A DNA stretch of 40,099 bases from an uncultured bacterium (GTDB lineage: Bacteria; Zixibacteria; MSB-5A5; JAABVY01; JAHJOQ01): contig CBDUQR010000027.1 in assembly GCA_965369655.1 (NCBI GenBank), positions 1 to 40,099 of the forward strand, read 5' to 3'. Made by a program: the position numbers and the translations under genes. Below the pieces are notes generated by a model. The model had not been told where the DNA came from. It did not search any database and saw nothing but the letters and a program-made list of their open reading frames with translations. The first letter of the stretch is position 1, and each line of letters opens with the position of its first letter. Of this stretch, positions 9,404 through 19,002 are shown in pieces.

Positions 9404-10069
9404 ATGAAATCGAGATATGAACTATCCATCGCTATCCTGGGTTTTCTTTTGTTGCTTGGCCTGGGATGTTCGTCGGACAAGGGTGAGGAACCGGTCCCGT
9501 TTGATGTGAACGCCGCCATGCAGAGAGCCTGGAGCAATTTTCAGGCAGACGACTATGACGATGCGCAGGCGGTATTCTCCGATGTGATCGCCCATGACGG
9601 TGACAATGCCCAAGCCTATATGGGCAGGGGATGGTGTTTCGCCTACCTTGCGCAAGATGACGAGTCGCTCTTTGACAACGCAAGGGCGGATTTTGGGTCC
9701 GCGATAAGCAGCAATATCGAGAGCCCCGACGCTGACATGGGATTTGCCGCGGTATATCGCTCACTCGATGAGTTCTACGATTCTGCAATAGTATTCGCGA
9801 GTCAGGTTATCGAGGCTGATTCGGGATATGTGTTCTCGAAGGACTTGACCATTAACTATCTGGATGCGCACCTGATCAAGGGATATTGTAGTTACTATCT
9901 CGGCGAAGCCTATTTCCCACAGGCGCACATTGAGGTCAATTACCTTTGCACGAGAGTATTGTATCCTCTCGACTCTTTGCCTGACCCAGAGACGTTTTCC
10001 GGAGATGAATACGAACGTAAGCTGGCTTTGAAGCTGGAATTGCTTACGGAGCAGATCGGTCCGAGGTAG
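9404..10069 (+). CDS. TPR-containing lipoprotein
   Basis: Lipobox 'LLGLGC' after a hydrophobic stretch; TPR-like 'AQAYMGRGWCFAYL'; SD-like AAGGTG upstream; 16 bp after the M6 stop. Confidence 0.75.
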   Translation: MKSRYELSIAILGFLLLLGLGCSSDKGEEPVPFDVNAAMQRAWSNFQADDYDDAQAVFSDVIAHDGDNAQAYMGRGWCFAYLAQDDESLFDNARADFGSAISSNIESPDADMGFAAVYRSLDEFYDSAIVFASQVIEADSGYVFSKDLTINYLDAHLIKGYCSYYLGEAYFPQAHIEVNYLCTRVLYPLDSLPDPETFSGDEYERKLALKLELLTEQIGPR

Positions 10070-10185
10070 AAATGTTGTGAACGCGCGGCGATGATTGTTA
10101 CGCAATTACTGTTTGTCACATGCTCTCAAGGGCATGTTGAAAAAGCCAATAAGCGTGGGATTCCAAGCGGCCAATATATCTCGCT

Positions 10186-10282
10186 GTCATTGCGAGCGAC
10201 CGTAGGGAGCGTGGCAATCTCTTGTTGGGCATCACATTGCATGAACTGAGATCACCACGTCGCTGTCGCTCCTCGTGATGAC
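10186..10282. repeat. Inverted pair of GTCATTGCGAG...GCAATCTC-type REP-like elements
   Basis: GTCATTGCGAGCGACCGTAGGGAGCGTGGCAATCTC (10186-10221) faces GAGATCACCACGTCGCTGTCGCTCCTCGTGATGAC (10248-10282). Confidence 0.75.
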
Positions 10283-10508
10283 AGGCGCCTCGCCATCGTC
10301 ATTCCCGCGAAGGCCCTTCGCTGTGCTCAGGATATTACGGGAATCTATTGAATGCGTAATCGTTAAATAGACTCCCGCCTCCGCGGGAGTGACAGAGTCA
10401 GCTTCCCGCTTGAGTTAATTAGCACTTTGGGGACAACCTCAGGACGTCTGCCGCCCACACCATTGCATGAACTGAGATCACCACGTCGCGCTGTCGCTCC
10501 TCGTGATG
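10235..10508 (+). repeat. 46/48-bp direct repeat (two copies)
   Basis: CATTGCATGAACTGAGATCACCACGTCGC(GC)TGTCGCTCCTCGTGATG at 10235-10280 and 10461-10508, identical except for a 2-bp indel. Confidence 0.9.
10297..10393. repeat. Inverted pair of GTCATTCCCGCG...GGGAATCT-type REP-like elements, left copy interrupted by a 24-nt insert
   Basis: CGTCATTCCCGCGAAGGC[CCTTCGCTGTGCTCAGGATATTAC]GGGAATCTATT (10297-10349) faces AATAGACTCCCGCCTCCGCGGGAGTGAC (10366-10393). Confidence 0.8.
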
Positions 10509-10591
10509 GCGACAACACAGACCCGCGCCCAGATGGCTCTTTCAACAAGCCCTTAGGAACTGCGATATTGAGATTATTCTTATAAATTCTC

Positions 10592-10635
10592 TTGACTTAA
10601 TATGTCGCGGCACTATATTGAAAATGATTTTCAAT
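10592..10635 (+). promoter_or_regulatory. Sigma70-type promoter overlapped by a Fur box
   Basis: TTGACT (10592-10597)-N16-TATATT (10614-10619); perfect 9-1-9 palindrome ATTGAAAAT-G-ATTTTCAAT (10617-10635) directly upstream of fur-feoAB. Confidence 0.8.
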
Positions 10636-10657
10636 TTCGCCCGGTGAGAGTTGACAG

Positions 10658-11113
10658 ATGGATGAAAGAGAGATTTTCGACAACTTTATTAAATCGGAAG
10701 GATTGAAGGGGACATTGCAGAGAGTTGCCGTGTTGGATGCGTTTCTTGGAACCGAGGATCATGTGTCGGTGGACGATATTCACAGGATTCTCAGTCGCAA
10801 CAGGCAGAAGGTCGGCTACGCGACTGTTCACAGGACGATGAAGCTGATTGCTCAGTGCGGGCTGGCGCGGCAGGTGCGTTTCGATGACGGCGTCCTGCGA
10901 TTCGAGCATCGGTACAGGCATAAACATCATCATCATCTGGTCTGTACGCAGTGTGGCAAAGTGATCGAGTTCAACAGCGACAAGATTGACTCAGCCGAGA
11001 AGGCTATTCTCAAGAAGTACGGTTTCGCGATGCACTCTCATCGGCATGACGTATTTGGCCTTTGCAAAGGGTGTCGAAAGAAGAACGGCAAGTCGATTGA
11101 AAAATCCAATTAG
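10658..11113 (+). CDS. fur: Fur family transcriptional regulator
   Basis: 'ATVHRTMKL' HTH, 'HHHHLVCTQCG...EF' and 'FGLCKGC' metal motifs; feo context. Confidence 0.9.
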   Translation: MDEREIFDNFIKSEGLKGTLQRVAVLDAFLGTEDHVSVDDIHRILSRNRQKVGYATVHRTMKLIAQCGLARQVRFDDGVLRFEHRYRHKHHHHLVCTQCGKVIEFNSDKIDSAEKAILKKYGFAMHSHRHDVFGLCKGCRKKNGKSIEKSN

Positions 11114-11200
11114 CCACAGGGAGCTGCGTTGAGATTTTGGAGCAGGACACGATATGCGAGATTATTCAGACCCGCTGGACCTGCGGGATCGGGTCGGGGT

Positions 11201-11470
11201 ATGTCCATGAATCGCGCCGGTAATAAGGCGGGCGTAATAACTCTGAGTGATACGAAGGTCGGCTGCGAGTATGAACTCCTGGGTCTCGATGGCGGTGGAG
11301 GTCTGAGAGAAAGAATCAATTCGATGGGGCTTAATTCCGGAGCAATTCTGCGCGTCATTGCGAATTCCGGTCATGGCCCAGTGGGTATCGAGGTCAAGCA
11401 GGCCAGGCTCGGCATTGGGCGCGGCATGGCACAGAAGATCATGGTCAGAAAAGTTGAGATCGGAAGCTAA
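11201..11470 (+). CDS. feoA: Ferrous iron transport protein A
   Basis: '[10 protein letters not shown]...GPVGIEV...[13 protein letters not shown]' FeoA signature; start at ATG 11201 or 11207. Confidence 0.9.
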   Translation: MSMNRAGNKAGVITLSDTKVGCEYELLGLDGGGGLRERINSMGLNSGAILRVIANSGHGPVGIEVKQARLGIGRGMAQKIMVRKVEIGS

Positions 11471-13598
11471 AACACTCATAGTCGCCCTCGCGGGCAATCC
11501 CAACTCCGGAAAGACTACAATTTTCAATAATCTTACCGGCGCCAGCCAGCATGTCGGTAACTACCCGGGTGTAACGGTCGAAAAAAAAGAGGGAACGCTC
11601 AGCGTCGACGGGTACAAGATCAAGTTCGTCGATCTGCCGGGTACCTACTCGCTGTCCGCTTACTCTATCGAAGAAATAATAGCGCGTAACTTCATAGTTC
11701 AGGAGAAGCCGGATGTTGTCATAGATATCGTCGACGCATTGAATCTCGAACGCAACCTGTATCTGACTACTCAGATCGTCGAGCTTGGCATTCCGATAAT
11801 CATTGCCCTGAACATGTCGGACATGGCCAGGAGTCGGGGAATCAGCATTGATCATACTCTGCTGTCGCAACTGCTCGGTCTGAAGGTAGTGCCTACTGTT
11901 GGCAATAAGAATATCGGCATGGATCGGCTCCTCGATGCGATCATCGATCATGCCGAGAATGGCGCTACGTCGGAACCCGCGTCGGTGAACTACGGCAGGG
12001 AATTCGAGGTTGAGCTGTCGAGGATTGCCGAGATCGTATCGAGGGATGGATCTGTGGTCGACGGGTATCGACCGCGGTGGATTGCGCTGAAGCTTCTGGA
12101 AAACGACGCCGAAGTCGGCAAGCTGGTCGCCAGGCATCGGTATGTCAACGATCTTGTCGAAGCCTCGAAACGGGGCGGCGAGCGGATTGAGTCTCTTTAT
12201 GGAGATGCTCCTTCATCAGTCGTGTCCGATCGTCGCTACGGTTTCATAAGCGGCGCATGCTCGGAGGCGATCCGTATGACCGGGGAGCAGCGCCATGACA
12301 TGTCGGACAAGATCGATAGCGCGCTGATTCACCCGATCTTCGGACTTCCGATATTTGCGGTATTGATGTGGTTGATGTTTCATCTCACGTTTTCGCTCGG
12401 CGAAAAACCGATGGAGCTTATCGAGACGGGAGTGGTGATGCTTTCGGAGTTTGTTTCGGCGATAATGCCTGAAGGACTGCTCCGTTCGCTCTTGGTCGAC
12501 GGCGTGATAGCCGGAGTCGGTGGAGTAATATCTTTTCTGCCGAACATCATGCTGCTCTTTCTTGCAATAGCGATCCTCGAAGATACAGGCTATATGGCTC
12601 GTGCCGCGTTCGTGATGGATCGCATCATGCACAGGATTGGCCTGCACGGCAAATCGTTCATCCCGATGCTGATCGGCTTTGGTTGCACGATACCGGCGTA
12701 CATGAGCAGCCGAATCCTCGAGGACAAGACCGATCGCCTCGTCACTATGCACGTGGCTACGTTCATGAGTTGCGGTGCGCGGCTTCCGGTTTACATTCTC
12801 GTGTGTGGCGCTTTCTGGCCGGGCAATGCAGGCACGGTCATATTCTCGATCTACGCTCTCGGCGTCGTGACCGCGATCGTTTCTGTGAAACTGTTGCGTT
12901 CAACAAGATTCAAGGGTATGTCTTCGCCGTTCATCATGGAATTGCCTCCGTATCGTGCGCCGACGTTGCGGAGTCTGCTGATTCACATGTGGGAGAGATC
13001 GTGGCTGTTTCTCAAGAAGGCTGGGACGATCATCCTCGGCGTCTCGATTGTCATGTGGTTCATAATGACGTTTCCCAAGAAGACAGATTTCGACAAGGAC
13101 TATGATGCACTAATCCATAATGCAGAACAGACTGCGCAATCTGCCTCGGTAGAAGTACTTGTCGATCAGTACAAGGCTGAGAGATCTGCCGAGCGAATGG
13201 AGTATTCTGTCGCGGGTAAAATCGGGAAACTGATCGAACCGGCCATCGCGCCGTTAGGAATGGACTGGAGGCTCGGTGTGGCAATTTTCGCCGGATTCGC
13301 GGCGAAAGAAGTTGTCGTATCGACAATGGGCACGGTCTACGGCATGGGCGAGTCGGGCGAAGAATCACGATCTCTCAGGAGCAGGCTGGCCGATGATCCA
13401 AAGTATTCAAAATTGACAGCATACTCGTTCATGGTCTTCGTCCTGCTTTACATGCCCTGCATGGCGGCGCTTGCTGTGTTTCTGCGGGAGTCAGGCTCGT
13501 GGAAGGAGCTTGCTTTCCAGTTGACATATACATTTGCGCTCGCATGGGCGATGGCATTTGTCGTATATCAAGGGGGGCGACTGTTCGGAATCGAATAA
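11454..13598 (+). CDS. feoB: Ferrous iron transport protein B
   Basis: GTPase motifs [29 protein letters not shown]; membrane domain 'GFGC', 'MELPPY', 'AKEVVV'; probable TTG start at 11454 overlapping feoA. Confidence 0.95.
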   Translation: MRSEAKTLIVALAGNPNSGKTTIFNNLTGASQHVGNYPGVTVEKKEGTLSVDGYKIKFVDLPGTYSLSAYSIEEIIARNFIVQEKPDVVIDIVDALNLERNLYLTTQIVELGIPIIIALNMSDMARSRGISIDHTLLSQLLGLKVVPTVGNKNIGMDRLLDAIIDHAENGATSEPASVNYGREFEVELSRIAEIVSRDGSVVDGYRPRWIALKLLENDAEVGKLVARHRYVNDLVEASKRGGERIESLYGDAPSSVVSDRRYGFISGACSEAIRMTGEQRHDMSDKIDSALIHPIFGLPIFAVLMWLMFHLTFSLGEKPMELIETGVVMLSEFVSAIMPEGLLRSLLVDGVIAGVGGVISFLPNIMLLFLAIAILEDTGYMARAAFVMDRIMHRIGLHGKSFIPMLIGFGCTIPAYMSSRILEDKTDRLVTMHVATFMSCGARLPVYILVCGAFWPGNAGTVIFSIYALGVVTAIVSVKLLRSTRFKGMSSPFIMELPPYRAPTLRSLLIHMWERSWLFLKKAGTIILGVSIVMWFIMTFPKKTDFDKDYDALIHNAEQTAQSASVEVLVDQYKAERSAERMEYSVAGKIGKLIEPAIAPLGMDWRLGVAIFAGFAAKEVVVSTMGTVYGMGESGEESRSLRSRLADDPKYSKLTAYSFMVFVLLYMPCMAALAVFLRESGSWKELAFQLTYTFALAWAMAFVVYQGGRLFGIE

Positions 13599-13609
13599 GA
13601 GAATTTTCT

Positions 13610-13777
13610 ATGTTTGAATATGCAATTGTCATACTAATCGTCGGTGTGGCGGCTTTCTATGTCGGCAGACATCTCCTGAAGCAACTCAAGGGGCGAGGTT
13701 GCAGCGACTGTACGCAACGAAACAGGTGCACCGAGACTCTGCTGCAGATCAAGCCGTTCAATGAGAAGAAACCCTGA
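13610..13777 (+). CDS. FeoB-associated Cys-rich small membrane protein
   Basis: 55 aa: N-terminal TM helix then 'GCSDC...C'; 11 bp after the feoB stop. Confidence 0.75.
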   Translation: MFEYAIVILIVGVAAFYVGRHLLKQLKGRGCSDCTQRNRCTETLLQIKPFNEKKP

Positions 13778-13881
13778 TCCTCTCAGTGTGACCTTCTTCT
13801 GATTCCACAAACAGCCAGATCGGTCTTGACCTGGGCTGCGCTTATTCTTATCAAGTATGGAGAAGAGAATTCTCAACTTGA

Positions 13882-14685
13882 GTGGATGGGATGCCTGGTC
13901 ATTTTCAACATCGTGACAGCTTCATATTCGAGGTTGATCCGAGGGTCAAACTGATCTGGACCCTCGCTCTGATGGCCGTGACAGCCTTTATGCTTTCCAC
14001 ATATCTTTATGCCGGACTTACCGTCTATCTTCTCGCGCTCTTCGCGGTCTCCCGGCTTCCATGGTCTCGCCTTATGCCTGCATTGCGCATATTCCTGACA
14101 ATGTTCGTTGTTACATTTCTCCTGCACATCATGTTCGGGAGGGGTGGCGGCACGGTCTATTTCCAGGTCGCGGGCATCGAGATAAGTTCGATGGGCATCC
14201 ACGATGGACTGCTGTATTCGTATCGCATACTTCTGTTTATGCTGATTGCGGCGATTTCGGACATGTCAACGTCGGCGATCGACATGACCGACGGGATACT
14301 CAGGCTGATCAAACCGCTGAAACACCTGCGCGTTCCGGTCGGAGAGATCGCTACCATGCTGTTCGTGGCGCTCAGATTCGTCCCAGTCCTAACCGACGAG
14401 GCTCGCACGATTCGTATGTCGCAGACAGCAAGAGGACTGAGGACCGGCGGCGGGCTGCTGACGCGGATCCGTTCCGCGCGGCTGCTAGTGATGCCTCTCA
14501 TGATGGGAGCGGTGCGCCGGGCATACAACCTTGCCCTCGCGATTGAAAGCCGCGGTTACCGTGTTGGCGCGATCAGGTCGTCGATGCGCGAATTCAGGCT
14601 GACCTGGCGTGATGCGGTTTTCGTTACGGTGACTGTGATCTGTCTGGGAATGCTCACTTATTTGCAGGAGGTTCTCGGATCATGA
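13882..14685 (+). CDS. ecfT: Energy-coupling factor transporter transmembrane T component
   Basis: 'VDPRVKL', 'ALRFVPVL', two conserved Arg motifs 'QTARG' and 'IESRGY'; overlaps truA start. Confidence 0.9.
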   Translation: MDGMPGHFQHRDSFIFEVDPRVKLIWTLALMAVTAFMLSTYLYAGLTVYLLALFAVSRLPWSRLMPALRIFLTMFVVTFLLHIMFGRGGGTVYFQVAGIEISSMGIHDGLLYSYRILLFMLIAAISDMSTSAIDMTDGILRLIKPLKHLRVPVGEIATMLFVALRFVPVLTDEARTIRMSQTARGLRTGGGLLTRIRSARLLVMPLMMGAVRRAYNLALAIESRGYRVGAIRSSMREFRLTWRDAVFVTVTVICLGMLTYLQEVLGS

Positions 14686-15407
14686 ATTACAAGTGTGTCG
14701 TCGAGTATGATGGTACTGATTTCTGCGGATGGCAGGTTCAGCCGAATCTCAGGACGGTCCAGGGAGAGATCGAGAAAGCGGCTTCGAAGATAGCGAAGTC
14801 ACCGGTCAAGGTGATCGCCGCGGGTCGTACAGATGCCGGTGTCCACGCCGTCGGGCAGGTGGTCAGTATGCGTATCGACAAAGACTGGACGGCTGATGTT
14901 GTTCGCAAGGGCGTCAATTCCCTTCTGCCGCCGGACATCCTGATAAAACAGTGCAAACGAGTCGCCGATGGTTTCAATGCTCGATTCGACGCCAGGTCGC
15001 GGCAATATAGATACCAGATATACACCGGCAGGAGCGCTCTGAGACGGAACCGATTCTGGTGCACAGATGCTAAGTTCGAATTCGATGTGCTTGCCGAGCT
15101 TGCCTCAGAAGTTGCAGGCGAACATGATTTCGGATCGTTCTGTGTGCTGAAATCGCAGAAGGAATCGAACATTTGTCATGTGTCAAAATCATGCTGGACA
15201 AAGCGAGGAAATGAGTATACTTTCCACGTTATTGCGAACCGGTTCCTGCACGGGATGGTGAGGTCTTTGGTGGGTACGATGGTCAAAGTCGCAGGTGGAC
15301 AGCTTTCGGATTCACAATTTCGGAAGCTATTAAGCAAGCCCCGTCGATCCGCTCAGGTCTTCACAGCGCCGCCTCAGGGCCTGACGCTGGTCAAGGTCAT
15401 ATACTGA
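14682..15407 (+). CDS. truA: tRNA pseudouridine(38-40) synthase
   Basis: 'YDGTDFCGWQVQ', 'AGRTDAGVHA', 'FLHGMVR', 'TAPPQGL'. Confidence 0.95.
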   Translation: MNYKCVVEYDGTDFCGWQVQPNLRTVQGEIEKAASKIAKSPVKVIAAGRTDAGVHAVGQVVSMRIDKDWTADVVRKGVNSLLPPDILIKQCKRVADGFNARFDARSRQYRYQIYTGRSALRRNRFWCTDAKFEFDVLAELASEVAGEHDFGSFCVLKSQKESNICHVSKSCWTKRGNEYTFHVIANRFLHGMVRSLVGTMVKVAGGQLSDSQFRKLLSKPRRSAQVFTAPPQGLTLVKVIY

Positions 15408-15428
15408 CAACAGGTTACGGGAGGTTGA

Positions 15429-16076
15429 ATGAAGTTCTTTATAGATACTGCCAACATCGATGAAATCCGTCAGGCCGCCGATATGGGTGTGCTCGACGGT
15501 GTGACAACCAATCCCTCATTGATTTCCAAAGAAAAGGGCAAGTTCGAGGACATACTCAAGCAGATATGCGAGATTGTGGATGGCCCGATTTCAGCCGAGG
15601 TTGTAGCAACAGACGCTGACGGGATGGTGGCCGAAGGGACTGAGCTGGCGAAGATCCACGACAATATCGTTGTCAAGATTCCGAGTACTCTCGATGGTCT
15701 CAAGGCGACGAAGAAGCTGGCATCCGATGGGATCGGCGTCAATATGACGCTGGTGTTTTCGCCGTCTCAGGCGCTGCTTGCCGCCAAGGCGGGCGCGATG
15801 TTCGTGTCGCCGTTCGTCGGTCGTCTCGATGACATATCACATTATGGAATGCAGATCGTCGAGCAGATCGTGCATATTTACAGCAACTATGATTACAGCA
15901 CGGAGGTGCTCGTGGCCTCTATTCGCAATCCGCTGCATCTCGTCGATGCTGCCATGATGGGCGCACATGTCGCGACGATGCCGTTCAAGGTGATCGAGGC
16001 GATCATAAAACATCCGCTGACCGATATTGGTCTTAAGAAATTCCTCGATGACTGGGAAAAGGTGAAAGGCCGCTGA
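15429..16076 (+). CDS. tal: Transaldolase / fructose-6-phosphate aldolase (short TalC type)
   Basis: 'MKFFIDTAN', 'GVTTNPSL', 'VVKIP', '[10 protein letters not shown]', 'ASIR'; strong SD GGAGG. Confidence 0.9.
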   Translation: MKFFIDTANIDEIRQAADMGVLDGVTTNPSLISKEKGKFEDILKQICEIVDGPISAEVVATDADGMVAEGTELAKIHDNIVVKIPSTLDGLKATKKLASDGIGVNMTLVFSPSQALLAAKAGAMFVSPFVGRLDDISHYGMQIVEQIVHIYSNYDYSTEVLVASIRNPLHLVDAAMMGAHVATMPFKVIEAIIKHPLTDIGLKKFLDDWEKVKGR

Positions 16077-17368
16077 TGATCGAGCGTTACTCATTGCCGG
16101 AAATGGCTAATCTCTGGACGGATGAATACAAGTTCGCGATATGGCTCGAGGTCGAAATAGCAGTCTGTGAGGCGTGGGCGTCACTCGGCGTCATTCCGAA
16201 AGCCTCGGTCAGGCGGATCAAAGCGAAAGCGAAGTTCTCTGTCAGGAGAATCGAGAAAATCGAAGAGACCGTTAAACATGACGTCATCGCATTTCTCACT
16301 GATGTCGGCAAATCCGTCGGTGATGACGCGAAGTACATTCATTACGGTCTGACATCATCGGATGTGCTCGACACGGCTACGGCGGTAATCCTGAAGCGTG
16401 CCGGAGATCAACTTATCATTCGTGTCAAGGCACTGCTCTCCGAGATTCGCAAGAAGGCTCGCAAGTACAAGTATCAGCCGAAGGTTGGAAGAACGCATGG
16501 TGTGCACGCAGAACCGACTTCGCTTGGGCTGACATTCGCGGTCTGGTATACGGAGATGTCAAGGAATCTCGAACGGCTCATGAGGTCTGTCGAAGGCGTA
16601 GCTTACGGCAAGCTCTCCGGCGCAGTGGGCACATTCGCCAATATCGACCCTGCCGTCGAGAAGTATGTCTGCCGCAAGCTGAAGCTCAAACCGGCAGAGG
16701 TATCGACTCAGATCGTGCAGCGGGACCGGCACGCGGAATTCCTCTGGGCGCTGGCTGTCACGGCGACATCGATCGATAAGTTCGCACAGGAAATCCGTCA
16801 TCTGCAGAAGACCGAGGTGCTCGAACTCGAAGAGGGATTCAGCAAAGGGCAGAAGGGCAGCTCTGCGATGCCACACAAGAAAAACCCAATCACCTGCGAG
16901 CAGATGTCCGGTCTGGCAAGGGTCCTGCGGGGTAACTTGATCGCCGCATTGGAGAACATTCCGCTCTGGCACGAGAGAGACATTTCGCATTCATCGGTTG
17001 AACGGATTATATTTCCTGACTCGACAATCCTGCTCGATTATATGCTGCACAAGTTCACAGGGGTTGTCAGGAACCTGACGGTATACCCGAAGAATCTCGT
17101 CGCCAATCTCGAACGCACTGGCGGTCTGATATATGCCGGTAAGCTGCTTCTCGAAGTGACCAGTCGGGTCGGATCGCGTGAGAAGGCCTACAGGATTGTC
17201 CAGAAAGCGGCTCATGACGCCTGGTCGAGCGGGACGAGCTTCAAGGATCAGCTTCTCGCCGATCCTGTCATCAAAGAGAATTTCGAGTCGGGTGAACTTG
17301 AAGCGGTCTTCGACTATCGGCCGTATCTGCGCCATGTCGATATGATCTTCAGGAGGGTATTCAAGTGA
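16076..17368 (+). CDS. purB: Adenylosuccinate lyase
   Basis: 'MIERYS', 'HDVIAF', 'GRTHGVHAEP', 'GSSAMPHKKNP', 'WHERDISHSS'. Confidence 0.95.
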   Translation: MIERYSLPEMANLWTDEYKFAIWLEVEIAVCEAWASLGVIPKASVRRIKAKAKFSVRRIEKIEETVKHDVIAFLTDVGKSVGDDAKYIHYGLTSSDVLDTATAVILKRAGDQLIIRVKALLSEIRKKARKYKYQPKVGRTHGVHAEPTSLGLTFAVWYTEMSRNLERLMRSVEGVAYGKLSGAVGTFANIDPAVEKYVCRKLKLKPAEVSTQIVQRDRHAEFLWALAVTATSIDKFAQEIRHLQKTEVLELEEGFSKGQKGSSAMPHKKNPITCEQMSGLARVLRGNLIAALENIPLWHERDISHSSVERIIFPDSTILLDYMLHKFTGVVRNLTVYPKNLVANLERTGGLIYAGKLLLEVTSRVGSREKAYRIVQKAAHDAWSSGTSFKDQLLADPVIKENFESGELEAVFDYRPYLRHVDMIFRRVFK

Positions 17369-18012
17369 CAATTGCTCGCGAGGGTGAACCTGTCATATTT
17401 TCCGTGCTCTTTGTCTCCGTGGTTGTTCTCGGTACAGGGATTGCACTTTCGTCGATGGCGCTCGAAGTCATCGGATGCCTCGGCCTGTTTTTGACCATTC
17501 TGATTCTGTTTTTTTTCAGAGAGCCGCAGTTCGATGCGATATGCGGGGACCGTGAAATACTCGCTCCTGCCGACGGAAAGGTCATTGCGCTGGACAATGA
17601 AGTCCCTGACAATCTGAGCGGTTACTCGACGAGACTCAGTATATTCCTGTCGATCTTTGATTGCCACGTGAACTGGATTCCGGCGACGGGACAGATAGAA
17701 GATGTGAGATTCAGACCCGGCAGGTGGTTCTCTGCGTTCAAGCCGGAGGCCTCGTTGCACAATCAGCGCAGTGAGATTGATCTCGTTACACCGCATGGCA
17801 GGATTCACTTTCGCCAGATTAGCGGCAGTGTAGCGAGGCGGGTCGTCTACAGTCTCGAACCGGGACAGTCGGTCGACGCGGGCCAGAGATTCGGCGTGAT
17901 GAGGTTCGGATCGAGGATCGATATGTTCCTGCCGTCACATGTGAATGTGAAAGTAGCGAAGGGCGACAAGGTCAGGGCTGGAAAGAGTGTAATCGGGGAG
18001 TTCAGCCAGTGA
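17365..18012 (+). CDS. psd: Phosphatidylserine decarboxylase proenzyme (short type)
   Basis: 'FFFREP', 'APADGKV', 'SIFLSIFDCHVN', self-cleavage motif 'RFGSR'; adjacent to pssA. Confidence 0.9.
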   Translation: MTIAREGEPVIFSVLFVSVVVLGTGIALSSMALEVIGCLGLFLTILILFFFREPQFDAICGDREILAPADGKVIALDNEVPDNLSGYSTRLSIFLSIFDCHVNWIPATGQIEDVRFRPGRWFSAFKPEASLHNQRSEIDLVTPHGRIHFRQISGSVARRVVYSLEPGQSVDAGQRFGVMRFGSRIDMFLPSHVNVKVAKGDKVRAGKSVIGEFSQ

Positions 18013-18782
18013 GAAACTACCGAACATTATTCCCAAATTCGTTTACGATGGGGAATATGATCTGCGGATTCCTGTCTGTGATCTCCTCGCTCGAAGGCTC
18101 GGCTCTCACTGCTGCCTGGCTGATAGTACTTGGCGCATTTCTAGACAGCCTCGATGGGAAGGTAGCGCGCCTCTCGAAAGTTTCATCTCGGTTCGGCGTC
18201 GAACTCGACTCGTTTGCAGACTTCCTCACTTTTGGAGTAGCCACTGCGGTGTTGCTCTACGCATTCGAGTTCAATGACATGGGGCGCTGGGGATGGATGT
18301 TATCCGGAGTCTACGTCATGTGCTCCGGATACAGATTAGCGCGGTACAATCTCATGGCATCGAATGAAGAGAGGAAAAAGTTCTACGGGCTGCCGGTACC
18401 GATTGCCTCCCTGTTGCTCGTGGCTTACGTGATATTCTGCTATGATATCTGGGGACAGATCGAGTACCGACAATACCTGATTGCTATGATTGTGGGCGTA
18501 TCGGCGCTGATGGTATCGGGCGTGACCTACGAGATATTCCCGAGCAATCTGACCAGCCGTGAGAATCGAGTCAAGTTTTTGCTTTTGCTGATCTTTCTGA
18601 TTGCGTTAATTATAAAGCCGCGATTGGTGATGTTTCCGGCAATCCTGGGGTATGTGCTGATATGCCTGATTCGGGAATTTGCGGGAATGCTCACGAATGA
18701 GAAGAGGCGGACGAGAAACAAGACGGACGTGAATAACCACATGGATGAAATGGACTATGTTGAGAGCGACAGTAAGGATTGA
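18009..18782 (+). CDS. pssA: CDP-diacylglycerol--serine O-phosphatidyltransferase
   Basis: CDP-alcohol phosphotransferase motif 'DSLDGKVAR...FGVELDSFADFLTFG', 'RLARYN', 'GLPVP'. Confidence 0.9.
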   Translation: MRNYRTLFPNSFTMGNMICGFLSVISSLEGSALTAAWLIVLGAFLDSLDGKVARLSKVSSRFGVELDSFADFLTFGVATAVLLYAFEFNDMGRWGWMLSGVYVMCSGYRLARYNLMASNEERKKFYGLPVPIASLLLVAYVIFCYDIWGQIEYRQYLIAMIVGVSALMVSGVTYEIFPSNLTSRENRVKFLLLLIFLIALIIKPRLVMFPAILGYVLICLIREFAGMLTNEKRRTRNKTDVNNHMDEMDYVESDSKD

Positions 18783-19002
18783 ACTTAAGAACGGTGTTCT
18801 CGACCCGCAGGGCGTTACGATCAGGAATGCTCTTGTCGATATGGGCTACCCCGAAGTCGGGAATGTTCGATCCGGCAAAGTGTTCGTCATTGATCTGGAT
18901 GTCAATGACCATGACAAAGCCCGCTCCATACTGGATGAGATGTGCGGGAAACTCCTCGCTAATCCGGTGATCGAGACGTACAGTATCGAGGAACTCAAAT
19001 GA
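18757..19002 (+). CDS. purS: FGAM synthase subunit PurS
   Basis: 'VLDPQG', 'VRSGK', 'LLANPVIE'; start 18745 or 18757. Confidence 0.95.
   Translation: MLRATVRIELKNGVLDPQGVTIRNALVDMGYPEVGNVRSGKVFVIDLDVNDHDKARSILDEMCGKLLANPVIETYSIEELK

Larger units (their letters stand above)
10128..10554. mobile_element. Putative non-autonomous element (MITE-like) bounded by 21-bp terminal inverted repeats and filled with REP-like palindromes
   Basis: AAGGGCATGTTGAAAAAGCCA (10128-10148) versus TGGCTCTTTCAACAAGCCCTT (10534-10554): 19/21 inverted match; no credible ORF inside; no clean target-site duplication seen. Confidence 0.6.

Noticed and set aside
10186..10508. Repeat cluster as a CRISPR array
   Set aside because: Only two direct copies about 226 bp apart, other repeats are inverted pairs, no regular spacers and no cas genes
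10564..10584. Second Fur box upstream of the -35
   Set aside because: AT-rich and vaguely similar, but symmetry and spacing do not fit the 9-1-9 site
11114..11200. Metal-sensing riboswitch between fur and feoA
   Set aside because: Only a short GC-rich possible stem; no recognisable riboswitch consensus or terminator
11358..11453. Extended feoB N-terminus / feoA-feoB frameshift fusion
   Set aside because: A TTG at 11454 gives a normal FeoB start overlapping the feoA stop; no slippery site needed
11581..11588. A8 tract in feoB as a phase-variation site
   Set aside because: In frame, encodes the conserved VEKKEG motif; too short to argue for switching
17509..17516. T8 tract in psd
   Set aside because: Encodes the conserved FFFR motif in frame
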